Shown piece by piece: positions 36,110 to 47,480 of a stretch of 64,000 nucleotides of DNA. The notes beneath the pieces are model-generated. The model saw nothing but the letters and a program-made list of their open reading frames with translations. It was not told the origin of the DNA and did not search any database. Position numbers and translations under genes: made by a program. Source of the DNA: Tubiluchus corallicola (taxonomy: Eukaryota > Animalia > Priapulida); contig JAQGDQ010000614.1 of assembly GCA_030141605.1 (NCBI GenBank), positions 63,821 to 127,820 on the forward strand. Direction: 5' to 3'. How positions within the stretch are numbered: the stretch's first letter is position 1; each line of letters opens with the position of its first letter.

Positions 36110-38938
36110 TATTCACACTTAAACCGATAACAATAGAACTGCGCTAAAAAAAATAACAACAGCAAGAGAAAAACACCCGAGGCGAGAATTTTTGATAGCT
36201 CGACAGCACGATAACACTGGGTGTTCTTTCATGCAAGAACCGTCTTTACAATAAGAATCTAGTCTAAGTCAAGGACATGTTGGTTAACGTAGGCCTACTA
36301 TCTTCTCAGCGTCGTCTGCAGTCCCAGAAAGATAATCAGAAGACAATGGTTGAAAAGCTTCACTGAAATTAACCAATTCGAATTGGCTCTGTCATTTTCA
36401 AGGCAGGCAACAAGTCATTATTTAAGCACCTGTAGGCTTTTGGAGAACTACGCACTGTTTTCATGTCTAATGGAGTTCTGTAATAAAACGACTAGTTCTC
36501 GTACAAAACTCTTATCTCTCTTTTTTGCAACACAGTAAACTGCGACACTTTTTTCCAGTCATGCTTAAATAAACTTTAAAATTTTACATGGTGTTACGAT
36601 AATAAAATCAGCGCAGTTTGTGTAATCACATGTGTCCGATTAATGTCTCTGCTCTATCAGTGAGTGCAGAAAAGTTTCAACTAATTTTAATGAACTCCGA
36701 ATTACCACACTCCGGCAGTAAACAAGTGCGTTTCAGCAGTAAACTTCACCTCGTTGTGACATCCGTATTATTTTGCTTCTAACGAGGAATTTTTGGTCAC
36801 AGTCAGTGCCCCTGTAGAGCTCCTCGTAGTTCTGCTGACCTCATTACTAGAGTTTCGGTCAAACCATGTGAATAGACGTTGTTCATCAATGCTGTTATTT
36901 GTACCAAGTTATGTTACTACCTGCTCAAGTTCAACTGTAAACTTGTCCAATTAGTTGAGGTTTTGCCTAATACAAGAAGCAATAAACTTGACATTGTGGA
37001 TTTTGGCAACTTTTAGCGCGTTTTATACTTGCTTTTATTTTTAAGAGGGCTGTTCGAACGGTTGTCAGAACGTTCAGTAGCTATTAATACAGAAGAATTT
37101 TCATTAAGAAAAAATAAAAGTAAAAAAATCTGAAATGTGGATAATCTAATAATTCAATAGAATTTGAATTTAATTGCAAGTTGAAATAATTAAAAAATTA
37201 TTTTTGTTTCTTTACAGAACTTTGGTCTATTATAGGCCAGTGCGCATAGTGCATAATAGGACCTACTGTATATAAAAAAATTAATTTCGGCCTGAAACAG
37301 GTAGTGTGTAATACATTCAGAACGGATAACTTATATAAACACTCGTTTTTCTCAGTTCGTTTGTTTGTACTTTCCTTTTTCAGTGTTGCGATTGTTCTTT
37401 CTGATATTTATAATTTATTTAATACCGTCAGTATATTGTTATTATGTAAATGTGTATCACAGTATAATACAAAAAATTAGTACACCATGGCATTTTCCTA
37501 TTATTAACTTTTATTGCCCACTTTAAAACGTGAATGACTGAAGTACATTTATGATATATAAATTTTTATGTATAATTCGACACACTGTAAGCCCGAGTTT
37601 AGCAGCAGAATTCAACGTGGATGGTTGTATCATTTGCTTTTACCATCATTATGTAGATTAAAGAAAAGTTCAACTAATCATCTAGTGGAGTTGAGAAAAA
37701 GTGCAAATAATGTTATTGGGGCTGACTCGGTTCCAATGGACTAATGGAAGAGCTGAGTCATCAATGTTTCGGTAGATCAGAGGATGAACTGAGCTAATGT
37801 TTTAGTGAACTAGCAAAAAAGCATAGCCAGTATCCCAGTGAACCCTGGTAAAACTGAGCCAATCCGCTAGAGCTGATCTAGTCGACTAAAGGAAGATGTT
37901 TGCAAAGAGCGAGAATGCGCGGTGTTAAATTTGGAGGTAAAGCAGTTTAAAAATTTAAGTTTTAGTCTTTCCCTTGGTAATCTTTTTTAGCTATTTTATG
38001 CCAAGCGGTGTGACAGGGACCTTTTCTCCGCTAGTGCTGCGAGTGAATGAACAAAAACATGGTAAGATAATTACTTTTGAAAGGAAATGGCAAAGGAAAT
38101 CGATTCATTAATCAAGATGACATTTTTGTTATTCTAACAAATAAACTCTGGACTTATTCAATGTATTTGGATTGTCATGCAATTCACTACCCTGTTATAT
38201 GTCCTGTTATGTTTCAGTGTATTATCATTATGCCACAGGATTCTGCACTCCGAAACGCTATAAGTTTTTCAAAACCAGTTATGCGTTTTTTTATTTTGAT
38301 GTACATGTCGCTGTTCGATACCTTGTTTCATTAATGATAAACTTGGTTAATTTCTTTAATAAATTCTTCTGGACTTGAAGCCTGGATAAATGTTGCAGTA
38401 TACATATGCATAACAACCTTTATAGAAAACCCCCAAATGTCGTGAGTAATGCGTGTTGAAGTGTTACTACTTCGTTGCTGCCTTGTCGTCGTCGTTCATC
38501 ATCGTTACCACCATCACTGTAATAATCGTCTCCACCTACGCTACTGGAAATGTTAGCAAAATATAGCAAAATATGTGTTGTTTTATAGCTCTTTTAAAAG
38601 GCTTGTTTCTCGTCTACAAAAAGTCGACGAGAAATATATATATATACTTGCTTTTGTTACAGCATAAAATTTTAAAATTTATAACTTTGTTATATTTTTA
38701 CGATGTAACATTACTTTTACCGCACTTTGCAAGGGGAACTGGATATTTTCTAAGCTATAGGCCTCTAACAATGATTCTGTCAGAGTGCCCATGGGAGGCA
38801 TCAAGGCTAGAGTTATAAACCTTTTGAAAAGTTAGCACTAGGAAGCCAGAGTGACAAGGTAATTTTCGACAAAATAAAATTTATTATCATGGCGAGTTTA
38901 TGAATTAGAAACTTTCTGTGTAGTAGCTTCTTCCCTAC

Positions 38939-39199
38939 CGTCATGGTAATAAACATCTACTTTAATCTAATGACGTACAATGCTGAAATGAATGATGACG
39001 CATTTACTTGTCATGTTATCAACTCAAAATGAATCCTCTGTATTCTTGGCGCATGTTCAGATGTGATGGACAAACAGGGGTTTTTGTCTTAAATCCGTCA
39101 CACCTGCATGTTCTTTTGAAGATGAAACTTTGGCAAAATTTTCGTGGCAAATTAATTTCAATCACCTAACTCTGAAAATTATTTGCGTATATATTTAAA
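38939..39199 (+). promoter_or_regulatory. Candidate promoter of the peptide precursor: four CRE half-sites plus TATA-like element
   Basis: CGTCA 38939, TGACG 38971, TGACG 38996, CGTCA 39096; tatatatttaaa at 39188-39199, about 60-70 nt before the ATG. Confidence 0.4.
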
Positions 39200-39259
39200 C
39201 TCATCTAGGTTAATCGCGTAAGCTAATAACCACAAAAGATTTGACTACTCTACGCATGC

Positions 39260-40750
39260 ATGATGTCAAAGCAAGTGATTTTAGTTTTGTGCTTTCTTTA
39301 TTGTGCTCACGCCAAGCAGAATTCCATTTTCCCAGAAAGAAGAATTACCGCAAGTAGTGACGGCAACGGCAAACGCATCGATATTAATAAAGAAAACGTT
39401 GACGGTAAAGGTATGCGCGGGGCTAATATTGCTTTCGTCTGTAAGCAGCAGTTAAGTTATGAATTCCCGTCCTATTCGCACTGTTGCACTGTGCTAACTG
39501 ATTTCATCCAATTTATGTGCAAACTTTATAGAAATTGACTGTGACGAACATACCTTTAAATTGAACTTTTCAAACTTTTAATTAAACTTTTGCAATACTT
39601 TTTGAGAATTTCTTATAAACCATTACTGACTTTGTAAAAGGTTGTAAGTAGCCTTAAAAGGTTGTAAGTTTCTTTTTTCATGAGTATATTTTACAAGCGT
39701 AGAATTTTATGAACAAAAAGATTGTAAATACTAATGTATCAGGTGGCGCAAAAATGTGCCGAAGTTTTGATCACGACACCATAAGATGAAAATACATTGA
39801 TGTTACAGACACTTATATTTAAATACTAAAAATTTTAGGTCATTCCTTTAGATTTGTCCAAAGATAGAGAAGTTTTAAATCAACAAGTCAAAAAAACACA
39901 AATGTCGAAAAAATTGCTAAAATTTATAACAAGTATAGTATGTGTCCAACATTTTCACAGCAAGCTCGATGAAAGCATTTCTTCAAACAGCTGGGTATTT
40001 AGTCCCAGTAATCAACAATTTTTGCTTTTAGTTTCTCCGCATCCAATGGCCCTGTGCGGCTGTGCCGTACACTCTCTTTGAGAAATTTCAAATGCCATAG
40101 TCCAAACAATTGTCTCATTTTTAAGGGTTTTATACGTCAATGCGGCTTTTTTCAGTTTTCCACTGAAACTATAAACTTTCACAGCTGAAAGGTAACGCAT
40201 TGAATACATTTGTAACTTTGTAGGGCACTTGGTCCTAATATTATAATAGTCTTAATTTCGCCACATTTTTTCTACGTCACCCGATATATATATTTTAGTT
40301 TTCTAACTAACATTCTATATCCATTGTAATATGTCCATTCTAATACTGGCTGAATTAAATCGGGTGAAAAGCCTTCTGTGTAAAATGCCTTTATGAAAAT
40401 TGAAAGATAAAGCATGAAATGTTTACAGTTTGTGTATGCTTTTTATATGTTGTACAATATTTAAGCTTTGTTTTAAATACTTGAAGAGAACTTTTTGACT
40501 AGTATGAGGTCGAAAGTTGCGTTCTAAATTAAAAAAAGTAATACAGTACTATTAATTCAACCTGACAAAACCAATGGATTCTCAAAAAGGCACTCTACTG
40601 AGTTGGGGGACACAGACAAAAAGGGTTATATGTTTTTTCTTAGGAAGTGAGAGTGAGAAGAAAATGGAGAAAGAGAGAGTGGGAGAGAGTGAGAAATAGA
40701 GACTTAAAAAGAGCAAGAGAGAGGTGAGACGGAGAAAAGGAGAGACAGAC

Positions 40751-40842
<92 letters not shown>

Positions 40843-41257
40843 GGAGATAGAGAGGTGACAGAGTTCACGGATAAGGAAGAAGAAAAAGTAGAGCAACAGC
40901 AACGAAGAGAAAGGTGAAACTAATTTTGGTAACCCTTCCGTTACAGATGGACATAAAATGTGGTTTCCACGCGACGGTTCACATTCACTCCCAGCGTTAC
41001 CACTAAATAAAATGGGTTTGTCTGATGACAACCAGATTCTCTGGAAGCGCAATACCCGCGATGTCCTGAACTGCAACAGCTACACAAGCTGCAGATCTAT
41101 GATGCTAAAGACAATACAAGGGGTCATAACAGCGAAGAAGCAGCTCAAGCACGCGGAACAAGATCTCAAGGAAAAGACTGATGTCGTATTTAAATTGTTT
41201 TGTCCACCCAACCAAAGAGTATTTTCTGTTTATCCCATTTCTAGGTGTTTTATTTGA
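39260..41257 (+). CDS. Uncharacterised secreted peptide/prohormone-like precursor (153 aa from two exons; possible extra 81-nt exon 39852-39932)
   Basis: Exon 1 (39260-39410, AAAG|gtatgc) encodes signal peptide MMSKQVILVLCFLYCAHA plus RR and GKR sites. Exon 2 (40947-41257, cccttccgttacag acceptor, phase 1 matches) encodes KRNTR-DVLNCNSYTSC...CPPNQRVFSVYPISRCFI*. TATA-like element at 39188-39199 and AATAAA at 41431-41436. Confidence 0.72.
40655..40855. repeat. (GA)n microsatellite and purine-rich tract in the precursor intron
   Basis: Direct reading. Confidence 0.95.
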
Positions 41258-43034
41258 AAGACTGACATTATACTGTGTTTGAAGAATTAGACATCTTTGT
41301 AAAAGCTATCACCATAGGTGGGCAAAAATCACGTAAAACGCTGTGAATGATCGCACACAGACTGCGCTACTTCCATATTTCGGTCTCTATAAAAGTGTGA
41401 AAGAATATAACAATAGTTTTTTTCAATCTAAATAAAAATAAAACAGTTACAGCAGTCACTGAGAATATCATGCATCATTTTATTGAACATTACAAGAGCA
41501 GCATCCGTCAATTTGTACATCATCAGCCAAATGTATGTCAACCCTAAATGCAAATAATTGAATTACAAATTGCAAAGAAATGTTTTTTTACTGGGTATTC
41601 AAAATTACGAACGAGCAGTGAAGAAAGAAATCACGCATTTTAGACCAAATCACCAAATTTGAAATTTAGTAGGCTATGGCCTGTAAATAGCAATATATAC
41701 CGTCTAGCATCATCCCACACAAATAACCTGTAAAGTGCAAGCCCATTTGAACACATCAAGCGTAGAAATTCACATCATTACTCAGAATTCTTTCCAGCAA
41801 AAAAACCAAAACAACGCTATTTACAACTGCTAACTAAATAAGAATCGTGCTGAAAGAAATGATGAGTGATTATGTTTTATTTCTGTTGAAATTAAAATTT
41901 CAGAATGACAAGATCTTTGTTCAATTTAGGTAGTAATTAGTTTTTTGTCCTTCTATAATAACAAATTGGCTTATACTAAAGATTCGTCCACAAACAAAAA
42001 AATACATCAATGGTGTATGAAAACACGTATGCTGAGTATCTGTTTCTATTTTTTCTATTATCTGTGCCCTTTTTACTTCTTCTATTGTAAGTGTAAAGTA
42101 CACATGAGCAAAACTCAAAAATGTTGATCTGCCTTGTCTTCCATGGCAGATTTTGTCCTCTTTATTTTCTGTATCAACACTATTCCAAAGCATCCATTGA
42201 GTTATCATCACTATTTTAGTAACTTTATTCTAGGGGAACTTTAATTGTGATGTGGTGTTCAGGAAGTAATTCTATGGCCAGTCTTTTGAAGAACAGTTTG
42301 GCTAAGTCTAATTGAAGAATAATAATATGCAAATCATATTAACTATGGCATCTAATGAATATTTGCCATTAATTTTCAATAATTACTTGGGTATAAACAC
42401 AAGTTAACTACCAACTTGCTTAGTTGCTCTTAGTTAATGACTTACTTACATATTTAATTTAATCGGTTAGTTCCAAATTTCAAATTATCATCTCGATAGA
42501 AACTATGTGCTACACGTATTTTTTAACCAAGGAACTGTACAAAAAATTTATTATGAAAACATGAGCATCAGTGATTCATGATGTGCAAATAAATTATTAT
42601 GTAACTCTTTATTTATTATTATTTATAAAACATCATTTGATATTTAGAAGAATACTTCTTTCAATCAAGGTGAATAATATAAAACAAATTAATGTTATTG
42701 TTTTTCATATACAGTTTCACAGTGCGACCTTTGGATACTGGCCTCACAAATACTAATGATTTCATTATTTAAGCAAATGTAAGAGCAATAGGCAGAAATA
42801 AATATGTAAAGCAATAAGAAAGACTCATTGTGTCAGAACTGTTGGAAAGATAGGTTAAATAACAAAGAAAAAAGGAAAGAAGCTAATAATGTCATAAAAA
42901 ACCCACAGAGAAGACTGTTAATAAAATGCCTGCAGGTTGCTTTCCGCATGTGGCTATAGAAACAAAAATAAAAACTCAGCAGGTATTCAGTATTATTGTT
43001 ATTACTCAAGGAATGATTACCATTAGCATGACCT

Positions 43035-43631
43035 TTATGAATCCCATACAAAACCGAGTCGATGCAAAGTTGAAGATGTGTCCAGATTGTGTTCACTTTG
43101 GTCAGCATCAGTAAGACTTGGCCCTTTGAATAGTATGCTAGCATCTGAGCTCACTCCAGCTTGAGCCGCTTTCTTCAGAGGAATAGTATTACGACCTCTC
43201 TCTTCTGCTCCTTTTATCATCTCCTTTGCATATTCCTGGAACACTTTATCTTCGTTTTCTATTTGTTCTAACTGTTTTTTGTCGAAAGCCCTTTCTCGAT
43301 CTTCCCATTGTTGCATGATTGTTTTACGCCTTTCCACCTGTGATTTGCGATACTCTTCAACTTGGATTTGCTCCGCACGCTTTTTCTGCTTTTTCTCAAG
43401 TACCCGAGCTTTGTGCAACTCATCTGCCAATTTTCTCTCCTCAAGAAGCTTCTTGTCTTCTTCGATTCTTTTCTTTTCTTCTTCTTCCCTTTGTTTTTTC
43501 TGGGTTAATCGTTGATGTGTAATTTCTTTCTGTACCTTTTGCCTAGCTTCCTCCTTTTCTTTTTCGGCCTTTTCTTCCTTCTCCTCTCTTTCTCGCAAGC
43601 ATTTATCTATGCGTTGATCTTCATCATCCAT
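43035..43631 (-). CDS. CFAP210: CFAP210 exon 4 (terminal)
   Basis: ctgctttag acceptor, ends RLGFVWDS*. Confidence 0.9.
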   Translation of the reverse strand: MDDEDQRIDKCLREREEKEEKAEKEKEEARQKVQKEITHQRLTQKKQREEEEKKRIEEDKKLLEERKLADELHKARVLEKKQKKRAEQIQVEEYRKSQVERRKTIMQQWEDRERAFDKKQLEQIENEDKVFQEYAKEMIKGAEERGRNTIPLKKAAQAGVSSDASILFKGPSLTDADQSEHNLDTSSTLHRLGFVWDS

Positions 43632-46600
43632 CTAAAGCAGAAGGTTATTTGTTTAGTTATCAATATGTTGGGGAACACACTTCTAGACACAAAAGTAATG
43701 TTTACTATGCTTTTATAAGTTAATACTAACGGTGATTGTTGTCAGTGTACTAATAACATGCCTGCTGCATGTAAATTAATGATAAAGCTGATACTCTATA
43801 AAGAAGAATAAAAATTGCTTAGTTTCCCAAGCTAACTGATATTAAACCAAATAGTTAATGCATGCTTAAAAATAATTAGAAACACCATAAACTTGGTTGG
43901 TTCTGAACCCCTTTACTAAACACGCTCAGGTCTCATCCTGAACAATGGAACCCTTTGCTTAACTAAATAAGCTGATTCCAAAAGAAAGGCATAAATGAGC
44001 TCAGTGCTAGCTTTGCTTTGGCTTTTTTCTACTTTTTACTTTGACTTTTCATTTCCACCATCAAGTCAGGTAAACAAGACTTAAGGGTAAATAAATTCAC
44101 GAAGTTTAATTACATTACCATTAGCCACTTTTAAATACTTTTTGAACAAATGGATTTGAAACAGAATAGCCTCAGCAGATTTCCAACATTTATTGAAAAA
44201 ATAATCAATGAAGAAATGATTGGTAAAATAAGCAATGAAACGAACAAGCAGTCATAGTCAATAGTATTTGAAAAAACCTTCACTGGCAGGTTTCAAGAAT
44301 TCGTTAACATTTAAAAGCTAATGAATGAAAACATGAAAAAACGCTACCTTCTGCTTTAGTAGCCCAGATAGATATCGCACCATTTCTTCTTTTTGTTTCT
44401 GTGCCTCGTTAAACATCTGCCTTTCTTTTTCTCTCCTTATTTCATCCATCTTTCTCTTTGCATCTGCGAAAAATTCTACTTCTACTGCTTCTTCTTGTGC
44501 TTGTTTCTCTTCTCGGTTTCTAAGTGCCTGTATTTCTCTCATCTGAGACATGCATGCTTCTAATGTTTTCTGAAATTATGATTTTTTTTATGTAATTGAA
44601 TTTTATGCCAGTATTACAACATTTACAATTACCGTCCTGCTATGTATAATTTACATAGTCTGCAGCCTACTTATTTAATACCCTGACTGTTCTATTTTCT
44701 AATTTTTTTATAATAATCCTGCTTTTCAGAAGAAGAAAAAAGGTAATACAAAACTTAAAACTTAACAATTTTTCTTACTTATCAACTTGTTGTTAAAAGT
44801 TCTGAATCAAAGCTCAACATGTACACTCATTGTGATATGACAAATTTGCAATATGAACAATGATGGCAAACTTGCCTCTGATGTCACCAAACCTTTGGTA
44901 TATCTGACAAAGTCTCAATGCATTTTACTCACCCTTTTCTCTTCTTTCCTTTTTTGTTCCAGCAATTTCTCGTTGGCAAGATATTCTTCATCTTCTTTTC
45001 TAATAAGTTTTCCTTCAACGTAATCTCTCTCTTTTTTTTCAGTCAACTTTTGTATATTATTTTTTATTTGTGCAAGATGCACTTCAGCCATTTCTTTGCG
45101 AGTATCAGTACGCTTTTTTATCTCTTCCTGTTCTTTGCGAGCTGCCACTTCTGTTTGACTATATAACTATTATAAAAGCCTGCATTAGTAGTTTCTTTTA
45201 TCCAAAAACCAAATCAAGTTTATTTCATCACTAACTAATATTGAACTGTTTTATAGATGCATCACTTTGTCTCTGTGTCTGTCTGTCTGTCAGTCTGCCT
45301 TATTGTACACAACTGTCAAGCAGTTGTGCATTATTGAATGCATCACTCAAAGCATCAGAGAAGTATGAAACTGCCTCTTTGACACCTAAAAGCTGCTGTG
45401 ACTTTTGAGTGTCATTCCACAAAGGTAAAATGGTGGCCTAAACCAGTACATTGGCTTACTGGTTCACCTCCCAGTATAAATTTGTCTTTCATTATTTAGA
45501 GAAAGTTCTTGAGGCAGAAAGAAACCCATTTCGTTATGATCATAACTAGATGCATTCGTGATGCATTCTCACTTTTAACCTTTTCACTTCAATAGCCATG
45601 GCACACCGAGTCTCTGTGTCAAATTATGTTATAATTTGGCCACTTATTTTTGAGTAAGAGCTCAGATAATCAGAATTTGCCAAACTTTGTTATGATTTTG
45701 ATGTTTCACTTTTTAACTTGATATATCTAGCAGCTCTGGTGAAGGGGTAAAAAACCTATTTTCATTACAAGTTTTAACTGTGCATAAATTTAAATTGGAG
45801 GATTTGGGGGTCATGACTACGACTTTAAGATTTTGTTAAGTTGTAAGCATCTTAACAGTATAATAATTTTACAGTTTTCATGGATGCAGTAAGCTATTCA
45901 CAAAAATATATATGTATAGTAAATTTAGGCAGCATGGGTCTAAAGCCCACGTTTAAAAATTTATGTGATTCAATACTAATTTTGACCTGGGACATGTGTG
46001 CTCTATCAAATACCTTTTAATTTAGTTTTTTACATTTTTACCATGTAATCACACGATATTCAGTAAATGACAATTATTAAGTCCAATTTTCATAAAGATG
46101 GTGCTTTTTCCTATATTAATGTTTACCAGACAAACTGGATAACTGTATTACTGCATCATTGCTGGACTTCTTGACGCAAGCACATACAGGCAGCGCAAAC
46201 TAAGTAAAAGTGAAAATATCTCTACCTTTTGAACATATTGCTTTTCTCGTTCTTCCTTTTGCTTGTTTATCATTTTTTTAAATTCTAGTTGTGCCTCCCT
46301 TTCCTTCTCGGTTTCAGCAAGCAAAAGGGCGCCGTGAAGTCTTTTAACCCTGTCCGTTTGAAAATACTGTTGCATCTTTGCCTGTCCAATGGCATGCTTG
46401 CGCCTTTCTGCTTGAAACTCTGTTTCTTCTTCATCCAGTTTCTTTCGCTCTTCCTCTTCTTTCTTTTGTCGGTCTTTCATCTCTTGTAGTTTTTTCTCCC
46501 TAATTCCGCTGATGGTGTTTGGCCAATATTTGACCATGTCACGTGAGAGCTCTCGTAGTTTTTGCTTCTCTGAGCGGTTCTCCGCAGTCTTCTTTGCTAT

Positions 46601-46756
46601 TTCTTCTTCTTTGTTCAACTGGTACTGTATTCTGTCCCAGTCATTTTTGGATAGAACACAAGCTTTGTCTTGGTAAACTCCACTAAAAGCAACTGGTTCA
46701 AGCAGATTAACTTTGTCTCTTACAGCCCTTGCACTGTGCTTACATACAAATTCCAT
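43035..46756 (-). CDS. CFAP210: Cilia- and flagella-associated protein 210 / coiled-coil domain-containing 173 (TPH domain), 527 aa
   Basis: Exons 46756-46226, 45166-44933, 44569-44348, 43631-43035, all phase 0 with AG/GT. Motifs DWDRI, MVKYWPNTISG, YFQTDRVKRLHGALLL..EREAQLEFKK, GRNTIPLKKAA and C-terminal RLGFVW are typical of CCDC173; long E/K/R coiled coil. Confidence 0.9.
44348..44569 (-). CDS. CFAP210: CFAP210 exon 3
   Basis: aatttcag acceptor, AAG|gtagcg donor. Confidence 0.85.
44933..45166 (-). CDS. CFAP210: CFAP210 exon 2
   Basis: ttttataatag acceptor (phase 0), AGG|gtgagt donor. Confidence 0.82.
46226..46756 (-). CDS. CFAP210: CFAP210 exon 1
   Basis: ATG at 46756, AAG|gtagag donor, 177 codons. 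Confidence 0.88.
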
Positions 46757-46891
46757 AATTAAGCAAGCAAAGCGATATAACTTTTGGAAAAAGTAATTTA
46801 ACTTCTTTTAATATATTTTACTGAAACAATACACGAAAGTGTATTTGTTGTAACGTAGTTGCGCTGATAAACAAATAAATTTATGTAAACG

Positions 46892-46904
46892 GTAACCAAG
46901 GAAC
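46892..46904. promoter_or_regulatory. RFX X-box upstream of CFAP210
   Basis: GTAACC-A-AGGAAC fits GTNRCC-N(0-3)-RGYAAC with one mismatch, about 135 nt upstream of the ATG of a ciliary gene. Confidence 0.6.
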
Positions 46905-47029
46905 CACACCAAGGTGGTGCTGCCATCTATTATCCTTATACTATAATTATAATGTCATATTAGTGGATAAGTGAAGTACACTCATAGAAAGCTCATATTT
47001 GTCCACAAAGTAATCGTCAATAATAATTA

Positions 47030-47480
47030 ATAAAGATTTAAATTTTACTAGGGTCGGTGCGGCAATCACAATGGCTGGCAAATTATCCTATTTGTTCACT
47101 ACTCTCACAGTAAATGATTGCTTTACGAATGTCGAGAAGTAAAAGTAATTTTTAAACTATGCCCTCTAGTTTTTGAATCAACAATAAATTAAAGAAATTT
47201 TCAGGCAGAATGTTTCTTTCCTACTCAGTACTTTATATATCTCAATAAAGCATCCTCGATGTTTTCTTAATCCAAGTGTGGTCAAACGGCAATATTTCAA
47301 TCTGTCTAAATAAAAATTTATTATGTGGGATTTTTCCAACCAAATATTATTCTTGTTACAATAATCTTGTAGTACGCCTTTGCACAACTCCCATGAACAA
47401 TAATTATGTCTTTCCGATTATGGGTGATTCCGAAGCTGTACACCAGTCTACTGCTAGTTGTACTGTTGGCTATCATCATT
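47030..47480 (-). mobile_element. Highly decayed CR1-type LINE 3' fragment
   Basis: Broken frames HNRKDI...VQRRTTR...LDRLKYCRLTTL..R..RG.FIEIYKVL...TRGHSLKI...FTVRVVNK*DNLP, the usual CR1 ORF2 C-terminus. Confidence 0.75.

Noticed and set aside
40582-41076. 164-aa minus-strand ORF with SLSL tract
   Set aside because: (GA)n repeat plus the antisense of the precursor exon.
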